Positions 1 to 11,087 of a stretch of 64,000 bases of DNA are shown one piece after another. Origin of the DNA: Scyliorhinus canicula (Eukaryota). Made by a program: the position numbers and the translations under genes. Numbering within the stretch: the stretch's first letter is position 1; each line of letters opens with the position of its first letter. The notes beneath the pieces are model-generated. The model saw only the letters and a program-made list of their open reading frames with translations. It did not search any database and had not been told where the DNA came from. The stretch is taken from assembly GCF_902713615.1 (NCBI RefSeq), contig NC_052154.1:15935784-15999783 (forward strand), given 5' to 3'.

Positions 1-109
1 TCAGAATTTTCTTTTGTTACTTCAGATCCTAAATTTAATAGTTTTCCCTATTATTAGTCTCAATTTACTGCTAGTTACCAGTTACTGAAAACCCCACCGA
101 TACCAAGTA

Positions 110-382
110 CTCTAATCCCATTTTTCAGCACTTGGCCGGTAGCCTTGTGCGCTATGGCATTTCAAATGCCGTCTATACACTTAAATGCTGTGAAGGTTCC
201 CGCATCTACCATCCTTTCAGGCAGTGAGTTCCAGATTCCAACCTCCCTCTGGGTGAAAATGTTTTCACTCAAATCCTAAACCTCCTGCTCCTTACCTTAA
301 ATCTGTGCCTCCTGGTATTGACCCCTCCGGTAAGGGGAAGAATTCCTTCCTATCCACCCAATCAATGCCCCTCATAATTTTA
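110..382 (-). mobile_element. CR1 LINE 3' fragment (near-duplicate of 6420-6767)
   Basis: Reverse complement resembles the CR1 ORF2 C-terminus/3' UTR (ggaatctggaactcactgcctgaaaggatggtag); the minus ORF ends in MRGIDWVDRKEFFP. Confidence 0.7.
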
Positions 383-459
383 TGCTTATTTTCAGGTTGT
401 GGCTGGAGTACAGCACCTGTAGCATCAGCGATTACCCCTGAGAACTTGTTTTGAAGCTC

Positions 460-607
460 ATGTAGAATCCATAGAATCCCTACAGTGCAAAAGCAGGCCA
501 TTTGGCCCATCGCACCTGCACCAACCCTCCGAAAGAGCAGTCTACTTAGGCTCACTCCCTCCCCGCTTCCCCCCCCCCTCCCCCCCCCACCCCCGGCCCT
601 ATCCCCC
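460..607 (-). mobile_element. tRNA-derived SINE, tail half, split by the Gypsy insertion
   Basis: Tail catagaatccctacagtgc...ccctatcccc stops at the LTR start (608); the body resumes at 6169. Confidence 0.75.
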
Positions 608-1906
608 TGATGGAATCATCAATTCACGAGACACATGCTTTAAGATATGAACAGTGGTTTTAATCTACTTACTACAAAGCCAGCCTGTTACCCGTTGAAC
701 TCTCGATGAACTGCAGGCTGGCTCTGGACACGGTTATTTATACAGCAGTCATAGAATCATAGAATTTACAGTGCAGAAGGAGGCCATTCAGCCCATCGAG
801 TCTGCACCGGCTCTTGGAAAGAGCACCCTACCCAACGTCAACAACCCCACCCTATCCCCATAACCCAGTAACCCCACCCAACACTAAGGGCAATTTTGGA
901 CTCTAAGGGCAATTTATCATGGCCAATCCACCTAACCTGCACATCTTTGGACTGTGGGAGGAAACTGGAGCACCCGGAGGAAACCTACGCACACACGGGG
1001 AGGATGTGCAGACTCCGCACAGACAGTGACCCAAGCCGGAATCAAACCTGGGACCCTGGAGCTGTGAAGCGATTGCGCTATCCACAATGCTACCGTGCTG
1101 CCCGTTCTCACATTTTGACGCAGACACAGAAACTCCCAAGTCATGTTAATAAAGAACCTGAATATTTTTGACAAAATTAAGAGTTTGCTGTAATGAACTT
1201 TAATATAGCCAAGATTATGTCGCTGCTTAGGCTAACCACAATATTACACATTAAATCCGGGATGGATAACTGAGAACTTAAACTGTTATAAATCTGCAGA
1301 TGTAGGTCAGATAGAACACAAGTTGTGGAAACAGCAAACAATTTATACAAAGAGTTCTGTTGTATGCTGGCGATTGCTGGCTCTCTCACTGATACAGTGA
1401 GATGTAACTAGAATAACGTACAACAGAAAGGCCTGGAGTGACTCCACAGTCTGAGGTCCAGAATTGTACAAATTATTTCAACAGAAACATAATACAAAGC
1501 GTGACAAATCATCAGACCAACATCGTCTGCACACAAATTACAGATCTCTTGGCACTAACCTGCATCAAACACATTAACATTATATTCTCCGGGCATGATT
1601 GAAGAAGATTGCTACTCTTTATCCATGCAGCTGAACTATCTGCCCAAGTTATTTATTCCCATTTTAGTGCTCAGTGAAATCTGTTGTACCTTTGGGATTC
1701 AACTGAAAAATCCTGTGCTTCTGAACACCAGGCCACTAAAAGAAGCTATCAAGCAGTCAAGGGGGAGGAGTCGTGGGCAGAGCCAAGGGTGGAGCCCTGT
1801 ACAAACTGCTGAGCATTCCCAGAGCTACTCCCCCTAGTGGTCGGATAACGCTACTGCACTTACAATGGTATTGGTAAATACAGTGTGAATTACTACGTTA
1901 CATTCA
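608..1906 (-). repeat. 3' LTR of the Gypsy element, interrupted by a 1000-bp insertion (752-1751)
   Basis: 608-751 and 1760-1906 align collinearly to 5873-6163; AGCAGTCA is duplicated at 744-751 and 1752-1759. Confidence 0.92.
752..1102 (-). mobile_element. HE1/V-SINE-like tRNA SINE with CR1-type tail
   Basis: Head gggcagcacggtagc with a B-box-like ggtttgattcc, core tgtgcaggttaggtggattggcc, tail ctgcactgtaaattctatgattcta; nearly identical to 9479-9823 and 43452-43790. Confidence 0.9.
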
Positions 1907-1968
1907 CCCCCTGCAAAAAAATCAAGTCCGGCGGGGGTGGTGGTCTACAAAGTAAGTCTGTCCGGTGG

Positions 1969-3261
1969 TCAAACTGTCGGCTGTGATCTGCGGAGCACGG
2001 GGGTTGCAGCCTCTTGCGGTGGCTGGATGGGTGTTGTGTGCTGGGGTACAATGGCGGACTCCAGGGAGGGTTGTGTCCGAGCTTCATGCTCTTCTGGTTC
2101 GGCCGGGGACTGGGGGCTGGCCGGTACGGGTGCACGGAACTGGTGGAGCGAGCTCGTGGTCTCAGGAGCGCGAGGGGGCGGCAGCATGGGGTGTAGGGTG
2201 AGGGATCCTTCTGTGGGGGTAGAGGGGGCGCTGGATCCAGCGGGTGCCAGATCCTGGAGGGTTACTGTGTCCTGGCGGCCGTCAGGGAACTCAACGAAGG
2301 CGTACTGGGGGTTGGAGTGGAGCAGGCGCACCTTCTCAACAAGGGGGTCGGTTTTGTGTGCCCTGACGTGCTTCCTCAGGAGTACAGGGCCCGGTGGCCT
2401 CAGCCATGCCGGAAGCGAGACCCCCGTGGTAGTGCCCCTGGAAAAAATGAAGAGCCTCTCGTGAGGGGTCTGATTGGTCGCTGTGCATAAGAGGGACCTA
2501 ATAGCATGGAGCGCTTCTGGGAGGACTTCCTGCCACTGGGAGACATGGAGCTTTCTAGACCGGAGGGTCAGTAGGACGGTCTTCCAGACCGTCGCGTTCT
2601 CCCTCTCCACCTGCCCGTTCCCCCTGGGGTTGTAGCTGGTAGTCCTGCTCGAGGCAATGCCCTTGTCGAGCAGGTACTGACGCAGCTCGTCACTCATGAA
2701 GGACGAACCCCGGTCGCTGTGCACGTAGCTGGGGAAACCAAACAGGGTGAAGATGCTATGCAGGGCCCTAATGACTGTGTGGGAGGTCATGTCGGGGCAC
2801 GGGATAGCAAATGGGAAACGGGAGAACTCATCTACGACGTTTAGAAAGTAAACATTCTTGTTAGTTGAGGGGAGTGGCCCTTTGAAATCAATCGCGAGGC
2901 GTTCAAAGGGCCTAGAAGCCTTGACCAGGTGGGCCCTGTCTGGTCTATAGAAGTGCGGTTTGCACTCCGCACAGATCGGGCAGTCCCTGGTGACCGCTTT
3001 TACCTCCTCATTGGAGAAAGGCAGGTTTCGGGCTCTGATGTAGTGGGCGAGCCGGGTGACCCCCGGGTGGCAGAGGTCGCTGTGAATGACTTTCAGTCTG
3101 TCAATCTGCGCGCTGGCGCATGTCCCGCGAGATAGGGCATCCGGAGGCTCGTTGAGCTTCCCGGGCCAATACTTAATATCATAGCTGTAGGTGGAGAGTT
3201 CGATCCTCCACCGAAGAATTTTATCATTTTTTATTTTGCCCCTTTGCGAGTTATCAAACAT
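1969..3261 (-). pseudogene. Gypsy integrase (with end of RNase H)
   Basis: HHCC zinc finger (HSDLCHPG...CPIC) and DDE core (IDFKGP, HSDRG, GQVER). Confidence 0.93.
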
Positions 3262-3366
3262 AAAGGCAACTGATCTTTCGTCGGTGATGAAGGTGAACCT
3301 CCTACCTGCGAGTTAGTGCCTCCAGTAACGAATAGCCTCCACAATGGCTTGTGCTTCTTTCTCGAC

Positions 3367-4536
3367 TTAGGAGTGTCGGAGTTCTGAAGCGGGGAGGGTA
3401 CGGGAGAAAAATGCGACTGGTTTCCCTGCCTGATTTAGTGTGGCTGCTAGAGCTACCTCTGAGGCGTCGCTCTCAACCTGGAATGGAGTGGATTCATCCA
3501 CCGCCCGCATGGCCGCTTTGGCGATGTCCTCCTTGATGCAGTCGAAGGCCTGGCGTGCCTCAGCTGACAGGGGAAATCGTGTGGCCTTAAAGAGTGGGCG
3601 GGCTTTGTCCGCATATTGAGGGACCCACTGGGCGTAGTAGAAGAAGCCCAAGCACCGTTTGAGGGCTTTGGGGCAATGGGGGAGGGGAAGTTCTAAGAGG
3701 GGGCGCATACGGTCCGGGTCTGGGCCCAGGACTCCGTTTTCCACGACGTAGCCGAGGATGGCCAGTCTGTTTGTGCGGAAAACGCATTTCTCTTTGTTGT
3801 AGGTGATGTTTAATTTCTGTGCCGTCAGGAAAAAACGGTGGAGGTTGGCGTCGTGGTCCTGCTGGTCATAGCCGCAGATGGTGACATTGTCCAAGTACGG
3901 AAACGTGGCCCGCAGCCCGTACTGGTCCACCATTCGGTCCATTGCTCGTTGGAACACCGAGACCCCATTAGTGACGCCGAAGGGGACCCGGAGGAAATAG
4001 AAGAGGCGGCCATCGGCCTTGAATGCCGTGTAATGGCGGTCCTCCAGGCGGATTGGGAGCTGGTGGTATGCAGACTTCAGATCCACCGTGGAAAAGAGCC
4101 GATACTGGGCGATCTGATTTACAATGTCTGCAATCCTGGGGAGGGGATACGCGTCAAGGAGCGTAAATCTATTTATGGTCTGACTATAGTCGACAACCAT
4201 GCAGAATTTTTCCCCGGTCTTAACGACCACCACCTGAGCTCTCCAGGGACTATTGCTGATCTCTATAATCCCCTCACTGAGAAGCCTTCGGACCTCTGAT
4301 CTGATAAATACCCTATGCTGCAGGCTGTATCGCCTGCTACGAGTGGCTACGGGTTTACAGTCCTTTGTGAGATTGGCGAAGAGAGGAGGGGGGGAGATTC
4401 GCAGTGTGGCGAGGCTGCAGATAGTGAGTGGGGGCAGGGGCCCACCGAAGCTGAGGGTGAGGCTCTTAAGGTTACACTGAATATCTAGGCCTAATAAGAG
4501 TGGCGCGCAGAGGTCGGGCAAAATGTAGAGTTGCAA
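3367..4536 (-). pseudogene. Gypsy reverse transcriptase / RNase H
   Basis: SPWRAQVVVV, DLKSAYHQ, VPFGVTNG, YLDN, then DAS...PVAFFSRTL; premature stop at 3367. Confidence 0.93.
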
Positions 4537-4546
4537 TTTTGAGTAG

Positions 4547-5839
4547 CTAGCGCCTCGGATTGTGTGTCGCGGCGGTGCGCCCCTGGATCTGTATAGAATG
4601 GGAGCCTGAAACGAGCGAGATAGTTTGCCACACTGGGAAAACGGGGAGCGAACAGCGTCTTACCAGGTCTGGGTGTATGAAGCTCTCAGTGCTCCCGGAG
4701 TCAAAAAGGCATGGCGTGTTGTACCCGTTGATTTGGACCTCTGCCATTGAATTTCGCAGATGCTTCGGGCGTGATTGATCCAGGGTGACTGCGCCGAGTT
4801 GCGGGCCGCGTGATGAGCGCCCGGGGAGGTCGTACTCTTCCGATGAATTGTCCGAGCGTGGAGATGCAGGTAGGGCCCGTGGATCGCACGTGGCGGGCGG
4901 CGAGGTAGATGGCGTCCAAGATGGCGGCCCCCATGAGTCGCATGTGGCTGCCCGTGTGGTGGAGGTTTGCCAAGATGGCGCCCCCCATGGATCGCACGTG
5001 GCGGGAAGGAGCGGGGTTGGGGCATAGGCCGCAGCGTTTCGGGCCTGCGGGTGTGGGGAGCGATTACTTCGTGCCGCTGGGGAGTTGGAAGCTGGGGCCC
5101 TTTTTGCGAGGCACACTCTCACGTAGTGGCCTTTCCGCCCGCAGCTGCTGCAGGTCACGTTGCGGGCCGGGCAGTGCTGCCGCGGGTGCTGATTCTGGCC
5201 GCAGAAATGGCAGGCTGGAGCAGCCTGGTGGCTGGGCGGCCGCGTGGCACAGGCCTGGGGAGTCGCTGGTCGGGGGCCCATGATTGGGTCGCGGAGTCCG
5301 CGGGGAACGAGGTGAGGCTGCGGAAGGAGACCTCCATCGTGGTAGCAGTTTCCGCAGTTGTTTCTAAGTCTTGGGCCCCCTTTTCCAGCAGTCGTTGGTG
5401 CACATAATTAGACCTGAGGCCCGCTACAAAAACGTTGCATACAGCAAGTTCTATATGTTCAGCCGCGGTAACCGCTTTATAGTTACAGTCATTATTTAGA
5501 TTATTGAGCTCTCTTAAAAATTCAGCGAGTGATTCTGTAGGCCGCTGGCGGCGATTCGTGAACACGTGGCATGCGTAAACTTCGTTAATGGGCCTTACAT
5601 ACATCTTATCGAGTATCACTAGCGCTGCAGTATTTGAACCAGCCGAGTTTAGTTGCGTAGATTCTGTGGCTCACCCTCGCGTGCAGTGCTTAACTTAACT
5701 TCTGTTCCTCTGTTGTTTCGGCTTTGCTCGCTTCTGCCAGGTAGGCCTCAAAGCACCACAGCCAGTGGGAGAAGATTTATTTTGCCTCTGCATCCTGTGG
5801 GTCGAGTTCCAGGCGTCCAGACTTGAGGGCTGATTCCAT
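4547..5839 (-). pseudogene. Gypsy gag (two CCHC knuckles) and aspartic protease, disrupted
   Basis: ATG at 5839 gives MESALKSGRLELDPQDAEAK then a stop; CHFCGQNQHPRQHC and CSSCGRKGHYVRVC knuckles; protease motif LFDSGS; frameshifts between ORF pieces. Confidence 0.88.
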
Positions 5840-5872
5840 GATCGATCCTGACTGTTCTTAATTAGATTAAAT

Positions 5873-6168
5873 TGATGGAACCATCAATTCACGAGACACG
5901 TGCTTTAAGATATGAACAGTGGTTTTAATCTACTTACGACACAGCCAGCCTGTTACCCGTTAAACTCTCGATGAACTGCAGGCTGGCTCTGGACACGGTT
6001 ATTTATACAGCAGTCAAGGGAGAGGAGTCGTGGGCGGAGCCAAGGGTGGTGCCCTGTACAAACTCCTGAGCATTCCCAGAGCTGCTCCCCCTAGTGATCG
6101 GATAATGCTACTGCGCTTACAATGGTATTGGTAAGTACAGTGTGAATTACTACGTTACATTCACCACA
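5873..6168 (-). repeat. 5' LTR of the Gypsy element (296 bp)
   Basis: TG..CA termini; minus-strand TATAAATA near 6000-6007 and ATTAAA at 5924-5929. Confidence 0.92.
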
Positions 6169-6332
6169 CTCCCATAACCCCAAGCATTAATCATGACCAA
6201 TCCACCTAACCTGCACATCTTCGGACTGTGGGAGGAAACTAGAGCACCTGGTGGAAACCCACGCAGGCACGGGGAGAACGTGCAAACTGTACAGTCACTC
6301 AAGGACGGAATCAACCCAGGTCCCTGGCACTG
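6169..6332 (-). mobile_element. tRNA-derived SINE, head/body half, continuation of 460-607
   Basis: ccataacccc...ccaatccacctaacctgcacatc...ggaatcaacccaggtccctgg. Confidence 0.8.
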
Positions 6333-6419
6333 TTCCTCCATATGGTCATGAATATTAACAGTTGGTGAAAAATGTCCAGGTTTAAGAAATCACATTTCAT
6401 CCTTAGGGTGTTGTCCAGT

Positions 6420-6767
6420 CATAGAATTTTCATAGCAAGGAAAGAGCCCCTCGACCCATCATGTCCGCACCGGCCATCAAGCACCTATTTACTCTAATCC
6501 CATTTTTCAGCACTTGGCCGGTAGCTTTGTGTGCTACAGCATTTCAAATGCCGTCTATACACTTAAATGCTGTGAAGGTTCCCGCATCTACCATCCTTTC
6601 AGGCAGTGAGTTCCAGATTCCAACCTCCTTCTGGGTGAATCACTCAAATCCCCTGTAAACCTCCTGCCCCTTACCTTAAATCTGTGCCCCCTGGTTATTG
6701 ACTCCACCGGTAAGGGAAAAAATTCCTTCCTATCCACCCCAATCTATGCCACTCATAATCTTATACT
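6420..6767 (-). mobile_element. CR1 LINE 3' fragment
   Basis: CR1 tail plus ORF2 C-terminus on the minus strand; closely similar to 110-382. Confidence 0.7.
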
Positions 6768-6769
6768 CT

Positions 6770-8258
6770 GGAAATAGTGGATGCATTGGTGGTCATCTTC
6801 CGGGATTCTATGGACTCTGGAACTGTCCCTGCAGATTGGAGGGTAGCTCATGTCACTCCGATATTCAAAAAGGGAGGCAGAGAGAAAGCAGGGAATTATA
6901 GACCAGTAAGCCTAACATCGGGAGTGGGGAAAATGCTTGAATCCATTACCAAGGACTTTATAGCAGAACATTTAGGAAGCAGTGGCAGGATCAGTCAGAG
7001 TCAGCACGAATTTATGAAGGGAAAATCATGCATGACAAATCTGTTGGAATTCTTTGAAGATGTAACCAGTACAGTTGACGAGGGGGAGCCAGTCGATGTG
7101 GTATATTTGGACTTTCAGAAGGCGTTTGACAAAGTCACGCATAAGAGATTATTGTGCAAAATTAAAGCACATGGGATTGGGTGAAATGTTTTGAGGTGAA
7201 TAGAAAACTGGTTGGCAGAGAGGAAACAAAGAGTAGCGATTAATGGGTCCTTTTCAAATTGGCAGGCAGTAACCAGTGGGGTACCACAGCGATCGGTGCT
7301 GGGACCCCAGCTATTCACAATATATATTCATGATTTGGATGAGGGAACAAAATGTAACATCTCAAAGTTTGGAGATGATACCAAATTAGGTGGCAGGGTG
7401 AATTGTGTCGAGGATGCAGGGATCCTACATGAAGATCTAGACAGGTTGGGCGAGTGGGCAAACCAATGGCAGATGCAGTATAATTTGGATAAGTGTGAGG
7501 TTATTCATTTTGGAAGCAAAAACAGGAAGGAAGATTACTACCTGAATGGTTGTAAATTGGGAGAGGGGAGTGCGCAGCGGGATCTGGGTGTCCTTATGCA
7601 CCATTCGCTGAAGGTAAGCATGCAGGTGCAGCAGGCGGTAACGAAGGCTAATGTAATGTTGGCCTTCATTGCGAGAGGTTTCGAGTATAGAAGCAGGGAT
7701 GTGTTACTGCAATTGCACATTGCCTTGGTGAGGCCACACTTGGGAGTATTGTGTGCAGTTTTGGTCTCCTTCTCTGAGGAAGGATGTTCTTGCTCTCGAG
7801 GGAGTGCAGCGAAGGTTTACCAGACTGATTCCAGGGATGGCGGGACTGTCATATGAGGAGAGATTGACTCGGTTGGGATTGTTCTCGCTGGAGTTCAGAA
7901 GAATGAGGGGGGTCTCATAGAGACTTATAAAATTCTAACAGCACTAGACATGGTAGATGCAGGGATGTTACCAATGTTAGGTGTGTCCAGAACCAGGGGT
8001 CACAGCCTGAGGATTCAGGGTAAACCATTTCGGACAAAGATAAGGAGACACTTCTTCACACAGAGTGGTGAGCCTGTGGAATTCATTACCACAGGAAGTA
8101 ATTGATGCTAAAACTTTAAATATATTCAAGAGGCGGCTGGATATAGCACTTGGAGAGAATGGGATCAAAGGCTATGGGGAGAAAGCAGGATTAGGCTATT
8201 GAGTTAGATGATCAGCCATGGCCGTGATGAATGGCGGACCAGGCTCGAAGGGCCTCCT
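6770..8258 (+). mobile_element. 5'-truncated CR1 LINE (RT and 3' UTR)
   Basis: NYRPVSLTS, YLDFQKAFDKV, GVPQRSVLGP, KFGDDTKL; stops and frameshifts. Confidence 0.92.
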
Positions 8259-9365
8259 TACCTCAATCAAGTCCCCCCTCAGCCTTCTCTGCTCCAGGGA
8301 AAACAACCCGAGCCTCTCTTCATAGCTGAAACACTCCAGCACAGGCAACATTCTGGTGAATCTCCTCTGCACCCCCTTGAGTGTAATCACTTCCTTCCAA
8401 AGTCTATGTAGACTACATCAACTACACTACCCTCATCTACACACTTAGTCACCTCATCGTAAAATTAAATCAAATCTGTAACACATGATTTCCCTTTGAC
8501 AAAGCTATGCTGACTATCGTTGATTAATCCTTGCCTCCCGAAGTGGAGATTAATTCTCCCCTACTTCATTTCCTAAAACTAGGTTCAGCACTCTCCCCAG
8601 GGATGTTCCGTTTACGTGCAACCCGTCCAACTTGTGCAGATCCCACCATCCCGAGAAACGAACCCAGTGGTCCAGGAATCTAAAGCCTTCCCTCTTATAC
8701 TATCTCCTCAGCAATGCATAGATCTGCTCCAGCCTCTTATTCCTATACTCACTGGTATGTGGCACTGGGAGTAATCCAGAGATTACAATTTTGAGGTCCT
8801 GCTTTTCAATCTGCTACCCTGCTCCCTAAATTTTGTTGCAGGTCCTTACCCCTCTTTCACCGATGTTGTTGGTACCAATGTGAACAACAACCTCTATCTG
8901 TTCTCCTTCCCCCTTCGGAATGCCATGCAGTCGTTCAGTGACATCCCTGACCCTGGCACCAGGGAGGCAACACACCATCCTGGAGTCATGCCTAAGGTCC
9001 CAGAAACGTCTGGCTTCACCCTTCACTGCCATTCTTAATCGTATTGCTCTTCCACTCTTGCTCCCCCCCCCCCCCCCCCCCCCCCCGGTGCAGCTCCACT
9101 CCCCTGGGGATCTGTCGCTCCCTCCGTTTTCCAACACGGAGTCACGGTTCTCGGGCGAGAGGCACTCTGCCAGAGCTTTTTCAACTCCGCCTGCTGCCTC
9201 CCTCCTTCTGAATGGTGGTCCACCCCTTCCCTCTCCGACTGCACTTCCCTAAACTGCGGGGTGACCACACATTTCAGCCCCCGCTACACACGCAACTCTC
9301 AGCCTCGCGGATGCCCCTCAGTGCGTCCGACCCACGCTCAAGCTCCGAAACCTGGAGCTCAAGGT
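8259..9365 (-). mobile_element. Internally deleted CR1 LINE (ORF1 esterase plus ORF2 remnants)
   Basis: MVCCLPGARVRDV and VVHIGTNN (SGNH esterase); QRRFTRMLP...RRLRGDLIEV at the left end. Confidence 0.8.
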
Positions 9366-9478
9366 TTTTTTTACGTGAACTTAGAGGGGCCAATTCTATG
9401 CCCCCCACCGCCGCTCAATGAAGGGGCAATTTAGCGCCGCCAATCCGCCTATACTGCACATCTTTGGTTTTTTTTTTA

Positions 9479-9823
9479 CATAGAATTTGCAGTGCACAAG
9501 GAGGCCATTCGGCCCATCGAGTCTGCACCGGCTCCTGGAAAGAGCACCCTACCCAAGGTTAACACCTCCACCCTATCCCCATAACCCAGTAACCCCACCC
9601 AACACTAAGGGCAATTTTGGACACTAAGGGCAATTTATCATAGCCAATCCACCTAATCTGCACATCTTTGAACTGTGGGAGGAAACCGGAGCACCCGGAG
9701 GAAACCCACGCACACACGGGGAGGATGTGCAGACTCCGCACAGACAGTGACCCAAGCCGGAATCGAACCTGGGACCCTGGAGCTGTGAAGCGATTGTGCT
9801 ATCCACAATGCTACCATGCTGCC
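9479..9823 (-). mobile_element. HE1/V-SINE-like SINE, CR1-type tail
   Basis: Same head, core and tail as 752-1102. Confidence 0.9.
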
Positions 9824-10199
9824 CACTTCAAGTGACTGCGGAGAGTTGTGGGGGTGAGACCCGCGCAGACACGGGGAGGATATACCCGGAGCTCAAGCTG
9901 GTCGATCTGGAATAAATCAAAACTGCAAGTAGATTCAGGCACAGAGTGAAGATGCAGAAAGCTCGGGAGACGATGCCCCCGGGGGTAACAGTGAACCTTA
10001 ACTTGCCTGCTCAGCTCAAGCACAGATTTGCTTCCACACCTTTGTTTGCACCCAGTCATGACCGATCACTATCTGGTAAACAGCAGTGCCTGAGGCAGGA
10101 CAGGGAAGGTCATTGGGGTTTTGTCCCCGATTCGGGGCCTGGGCTGAGAGAACAATAGGATCCCGGGAGCCCTGGAAACAAGAGGAACGGTTACCAGGG

Positions 10200-10514
10200 C
10201 AACCACTTTGCTGCCCGCCTCTCGATGGGAGAGGAAGCGGAAGTGACGATGGGCCGGCTCTCCCCCCCAAGAGAGAGGAAGTGACGCAACGGACGTGGTG
10301 GCTGCCAGGCAACGGCCTGTGCGGAAATGACGAGCTGGGAGCCGGAAATCGGCGGCGGGGGAAGGAATGAACACGTTTCGAGAAGCTTCGGCTGGAGTAG
10401 GCCCCGGGATCCGCGGCGCGGAGATTTGAGGAGTGAGCCGCCGGCCGCGGAGGGCCCGCCCGCCGGTGTGCGTGCCCGTTTTAGTTGAGAAGACTTCCAG
10501 CCCGGTGTGTCGAT
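10200..10514 (+). promoter_or_regulatory. CpG-island promoter / 5' UTR of MPLKIP with ETS-CRE composite motifs
   Basis: High CpG density; GGAAGCGGAAGTGACG (10233), GGAAGTGACGC (10277), GCGGAAATGACG (10321), CCGGAAAT (10342). Confidence 0.75.
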
Positions 10515-11087
10515 ATGTTCCGGCCGAATTTCCGAGCGTCGCAGCCGGGGTTCCGGAGTCCGCCGCCTCCAGGCCCAGGCCCGTTCCCCGGGGTGGGGCA
10601 GGCCGGCAGCATGTACCCCTGGGGCGGCACGGCCACGCCGCCTTACGGAGGCCGGCACCGGTGTTACAACAAGTCCCCCCAGCAGCAGCAGCCGCCCCTC
10701 CCGCAGCAGCCAGGCCCGGGCTCGGGGCCCTTCCAGCACCGATACAACAGCCCGTCCCCCGGGCACCAGCAGCCGCCGCAGGGCTTCAGCCCCCGGCACC
10801 GGGGCCGTTACTCCTCGCCCCCCTTCCAGCACCCGCTCTCCCCCGGCCCTCAGCAACACTCTCCCAGCCCGGCCCACCGCAAGTATCAGGGCTCGCCCAG
10901 GTCGTCCACCCCGTTCAGCGGTGGAGGAGAGAGGAGATCGCCGGCCCCGGTGGAGCATTACTACAAAGCCTCCATGCTGCAGGACCCATGGGCTAACCTG
11001 GAGCCGGTCTGTGTGTCTGACATTAACCAGCAATACAGCAACCTGCACACCCCCAGCAGTGGCAGAGCCGGCAGATACTTCAGCTAA
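10515..11087 (+). CDS. MPLKIP: M-phase-specific PLK1-interacting protein (TTDN1), 190 aa, single coding exon
   Basis: N-terminal MFRPNFR, Pro/Gly/SP-rich middle, QGSPRSSTPF, and C-terminus YYKASMLQDPWANLEPVCVSDINQQYS...GRYFS matching the recalled vertebrate MPLKIP C-terminus; ORF intact. Confidence 0.93.
   Translation: MFRPNFRASQPGFRSPPPPGPGPFPGVGQAGSMYPWGGTATPPYGGRHRCYNKSPQQQQPPLPQQPGPGSGPFQHRYNSPSPGHQQPPQGFSPRHRGRYSSPPFQHPLSPGPQQHSPSPAHRKYQGSPRSSTPFSGGGERRSPAPVEHYYKASMLQDPWANLEPVCVSDINQQYSNLHTPSSGRAGRYFS

Larger units (their letters stand above)
608..6168 (-). mobile_element. Full-length, decayed Ty3/Gypsy LTR retrotransposon
   Basis: Direct-repeat LTRs (5873-6168; 608-751 plus 1760-1906) with TG..CA ends; minus-strand order gag-PR-RT-RH-IN; several stops and frameshifts. 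Confidence 0.95.

Noticed and set aside
1177-1837. Short ORFs within the 650-bp unique insert
   Set aside because: No recognisable domains; composition resembles non-coding DNA.
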